Both the position numbers and the translations under genes were made by a program. Source: an uncultured Desulfobacter sp. (lineage in GTDB: Bacteria > Desulfobacterota > Desulfobacteria > Desulfobacterales > Desulfobacteraceae). From it: a DNA stretch of 64,000 nucleotides. Where the stretch lies: positions 4,928,001-4,992,000 of the forward strand of contig OY762069.1 in the NCBI GenBank assembly GCA_963665095.1, written 5' to 3'. The notes under the pieces are model-generated. The model did not search any database. It worked only from the letters and a program-made list of their open reading frames with translations, and had not been told where the DNA came from. Positions 61,037-64,000 of this stretch are shown here, one piece after another. The stretch's first letter is position 1. Each line of letters opens with the position of its first letter.

Positions 61037-62163
61037 AAATACAGAAAATATTGTTTTTGTTTTTAGTTCTGATTATTCCCTGCGCAACAATACTTTCGGG
61101 TTGCTCCTCTGAAGAGGAAAGACTGGATAGAACAAAGAAAGGCGAGCAAGGAAGGGATATCGTTCTGATAGATATTGAAGGTCGGAAAATATCACTCAAT
61201 AAAAAGGCCACACGTATCGTTGATCTTACAGGTCTTAGCGGGACTCGAATATTGATACAGTTGGGAGCCCCGCAGCACATTGTAGGCATGACCGATGCTG
61301 GCATGAATGTTTTTAAACCTGAAAGCAGAACCTATCATCCTGCGCAGAGGGCTCTGCCTTCAATAGCCCATGGGAATATTACTAATATTGGGGACTGGAA
61401 AGAGCCAAATGCTGAAAAAATAATAGCTGTACATCCAGATGTTATCCTTGTTGGCTGGGGCGGCAGGGAAAGCGCTGAGAAGATAGAACAGCAGACCGGA
61501 GTTCCGGCTGTCTGTATCGGACGAATGGATGGCCATTTTGATTATGACCGGTACCGAATTATCGGCAAAGTCATAGGGGAAGAACAAAAAGCCGAAGAAA
61601 TTATTTCCTATTTAAAACAAAAAATCAGCAAAATAACCGATATTACACAATCAATACCTCCAGATGAGAGAAAACGGGTCTTTTTCTGGATTGTACCAAG
61701 ACCTGATGCAGATCTGCGCTCCAATGGGATTTATGATGCCATAGATTACGCTGGCGGCATTAACGTTGCTGCCACGAAAAAGGGGATTGGTCTTTATGAA
61801 ACAAGCAAGGAACAGCTTGTGGCCTGGAATCCTGATATCATTTTTGCACAATCATCACATAAAAAGAACGTACAGGAATCGTATGCTGATTATCTCACCA
61901 TAGAACAGATCTGCGAGGATCCCGTGCTGAAGGCCACCAATGCCGTGAAAAGTAAAGAAGTCTATTACCTTCGTGGGCCTCGAAGTGATTGGGATACAGC
62001 CATTGAAGCCACGGAAGTATTCTATATGGCAAAGCTTTTATATCCTGAAAAATTTGAGGATCTGAATGTTGAGGAGGAAGGAAATGAAATATTAAAAAAA
62101 ATGTATGGAGTGGAAGATTTATACTCAGATATGAGCGTAAATGTTGGATTGCATACCTGGTAA
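61033..62163 (+). CDS. Iron-chelate/cobalamin ABC transporter substrate-binding lipoprotein (BtuF/FecB-like)
   Basis: Lipobox LSGC, DIEGRKI, PNAEKIIAVHPD, AGGINVA, EQLVAWNPDII; GTGA overlap. Confidence 0.9.
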   Translation: MKIQKILFLFLVLIIPCATILSGCSSEEERLDRTKKGEQGRDIVLIDIEGRKISLNKKATRIVDLTGLSGTRILIQLGAPQHIVGMTDAGMNVFKPESRTYHPAQRALPSIAHGNITNIGDWKEPNAEKIIAVHPDVILVGWGGRESAEKIEQQTGVPAVCIGRMDGHFDYDRYRIIGKVIGEEQKAEEIISYLKQKISKITDITQSIPPDERKRVFFWIVPRPDADLRSNGIYDAIDYAGGINVAATKKGIGLYETSKEQLVAWNPDIIFAQSSHKKNVQESYADYLTIEQICEDPVLKATNAVKSKEVYYLRGPRSDWDTAIEATEVFYMAKLLYPEKFEDLNVEEEGNEILKKMYGVEDLYSDMSVNVGLHTW

Positions 62164-62190
62164 TAACAGATTCAATAAATCAAATGTCCT

Positions 62191-63243
62191 ATGACCCCTA
62201 CCTTAAAAAAATACAGAGCCGATAATTTTCAAAAAACTGTTTTTTTGATTGCCCTGATCTGCATAATTATTGTTCTGGGATTCATCTCCATAACAACCGG
62301 ACCGCTTGATATAAAGGCAATAGATGCGTTCAGGGTGATTATTAATAAGGTCGCTCCAGGCATGTGTTCCGAATTACCAGAATATATTACTCGAACTGTC
62401 TGGTTATTGCGCCTGCCACGTTACTTGACTGCCGTATTAGTCGGTTTTACGCTTGCAATTGCCGGTGCAATCATGCAACCTGTACTGCGAAATCCACTGG
62501 CAAGTCCATTTACACTCGGCATTTCCGCAGGGGCAGGATTTGGCGCATCCCTGGTTCTTATACTGGGTGCCGGGATATTCAGTGGACGCTACTCCATAGT
62601 CCTGAATGCGTTTATTTTTGCCGCTCTCTCCGCTTTTATTATCATCCTGATTTCCAGAAGGAAAAATACCTCCCCTGAAATAATGATCTTGACCGGGATA
62701 GCAATTTCGTATTTTTTTACTTCCTGCACAACCGTACTTCAGGTCTTTGCTGAACCCTGGGCCGTAACCGAGGTGGTTTTCTGGCTGGTTGGCAGTCTTG
62801 CCAAGGGAACCTGGGAAAATTTGGGCTATATGTTTCCTGTAATTGCTGTCTGTATCCCATATCTGATGTTTAAGTCCTGGGATCTGGATATCATCGGGAC
62901 AGGCGACGATGCAGCAAAAAGCATGGGAATAGAGGTTGAGCGCACCAGGGTATCCCTGATGATCGTCTCCTCCCTGGTCACTGCTGCTGTGGTATGTTTC
63001 ACAGGAACAATAGGCTTTATTGGCCTTGTTGCGCCACATATCGCCCGCATGATAATCGGTAATGATAATAAGTTTGTAATACCAACTGCAGGGCTGACAG
63101 GAGCCTTCCTGCTTGTTATTTCCGATCTGGTTGCAGTAAATATAGTCTCTCCTGTCATTCTTCCCATCGGGGTGGTTACCTCATTCATGGGTGTTCCGCT
63201 TTTTGTCTATCTAATTTTGAAAAGAAGAGGTCTGGCCCAGTAA
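62191..63243 (+). CDS. FecCD/BtuC-family ABC permease
   Basis: RLPR, QPVLRNPLASPFTLGISAGA, GTIGFIGLVAPHIAR, LPIGVVTSFMG. Confidence 0.93.
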   Translation: MTPTLKKYRADNFQKTVFLIALICIIIVLGFISITTGPLDIKAIDAFRVIINKVAPGMCSELPEYITRTVWLLRLPRYLTAVLVGFTLAIAGAIMQPVLRNPLASPFTLGISAGAGFGASLVLILGAGIFSGRYSIVLNAFIFAALSAFIIILISRRKNTSPEIMILTGIAISYFFTSCTTVLQVFAEPWAVTEVVFWLVGSLAKGTWENLGYMFPVIAVCIPYLMFKSWDLDIIGTGDDAAKSMGIEVERTRVSLMIVSSLVTAAVVCFTGTIGFIGLVAPHIARMIIGNDNKFVIPTAGLTGAFLLVISDLVAVNIVSPVILPIGVVTSFMGVPLFVYLILKRRGLAQ

Positions 63244-63378
63244 TTATTTTTACGGAGCTAACAAAGGATCTCCAATACTATTCTGGTTTCCGTAACACCC
63301 TTTGAAATAACAGCAACAGGCTGATCAGTCAGTGGGAGAAGACAGAAGCTGCCGCCGACCTCATTTATCCGGTTTATT

Positions 63379-63575
63379 CTGATTCAAACCTGCAATCTGA
63401 TGAAGGTCAATCCATTTGATTATCTGATCACATTGCTGAATAACGCAACCGTGCTGAGAACTGATCCTTCCCGGTGGATGCCTTGGAATTACAAAACCGG
63501 GTTCGCGTAATATACTCGCCGAATCCAGCTGAGTTACCCTAAAAATTCCCTTGTGCATGTTTACCGAAGGGACAC
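63379..63575 (+). mobile_element. IS66-family remnant (transposase C-terminus and probable right end)
   Basis: 63379-63510 translates LIQTCNLMKVNPFDYLITLLNNATVLRTDPSRWMPWNYKTGFA*, matching the IS66 TnpC C-terminal pattern; candidate terminal repeat TTTACCGAAGGGACAC at 63560-63575. Confidence 0.7.
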
Positions 63576-63783
63576 GGTATAAGCGAGTTTCTTAATAGAA
63601 TCCATGCTACTTTTGATGTAACTGTCTTTCTATCTCGCACGGATGGCCGGCAAGGACATAACTGGTGGATGATTTCTCCTTACCTAAAAATTTCATTTAG
63701 TATCGGGCGGATAAGCTGCTTTTACTGACATTTGAATCGTTCATGGTGGCGCTTGAACAGATAGAAGTTCTATGGTGTTTTAG

Positions 63784-63839
63784 AAAAAAGGACGCCTTTG
63801 CCTGCAGGCATGTGTGGCCTGCCTGCAGGACAAAGGCGT
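63784..63839 (-). terminator. Terminator hairpin downstream of the edge TonB receptor
   Basis: ACGCCTTTG-CCTGCAGGCA / TGCCTGCAGG-A-CAAAGGCGT stem (63792-63839) followed by a T6 tract on the minus strand. Confidence 0.6.
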
Positions 63840-63904
63840 GTAAGCTTTTCCGGCTGGGCTATGGAAATAGAATGGAGTAGGTGTCGGAAAAGCTTTTTTG
63901 ATAG

Positions 63905-64000
63905 TTAAAACCTGAAGTTCAGGCCACAGTAAAAAACCCGCCCTTCAATATCATAGGGGGCATCGTCCAGATCCTCATCCGTGATATTGTCCACCCCCAA
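63905..64000 (-). CDS. C-terminal end of a second TonB-dependent receptor (partial, continues beyond window)
   Basis: LGVDNITDEDLDDAPYDIEGRVFYCGLNFRF*: GVDN..D and GR.FY.G...F terminal beta-strand signature. Confidence 0.8.
   Translation of the reverse strand: MGVDNITDEDLDDAPYDIEGRVFYCGLNFRF

Overview
Chromosomal window from a sulfate-reducing deltaproteobacterium; gene content and style suggest Desulfobacteraceae (inference). Layout: (1) 250-7831, dissimilatory sulfate-reduction core aprBA-qmoABC on the minus strand; (2) 8.3-15.8 kb, YkgJ-type proteins, an atypical SDR, a YeiE/CysL-type LysR, pta, a dGTPase-like gene and a deaminase; (3) 15.9-30.9 kb, translation superoperon infC-rpmI-rplT-pheST-tRNA-Gly-rimP-nusA-infB-rbfA-truB-rpsO-pnp with several candidate autoregulatory leaders; (4) 31-54.6 kb, accessory genes: RND efflux, hybrid kinase, cNMP-PilZ protein, MoxR/VWA pair, sugar-type ABC transporter, orphan ParB-like protein, DUF362-ferredoxin and a ~700-aa orphan with a toxin-like membrane-localisation motif; (5) 54.8-63.6 kb, an AT-richer island with a decayed NifH-like reductase, an AraC regulator, a candidate AraC operator overlapping a promoter, a cobalamin riboswitch with terminator, a TonB receptor, an O-methyltransferase and a Btu/Fec-type ABC transporter, closed by an IS66 remnant and facing a second TonB receptor at the window edge. 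This island is the best candidate for an undescribed system: B12-repressed, ligand-induced uptake and modification of a corrinoid, tetrapyrrole or metallophore. A ~138-bp palindromic repeat occurs twice (10922, 46766). All family assignments come from motif recognition by eye; no database searches were run.
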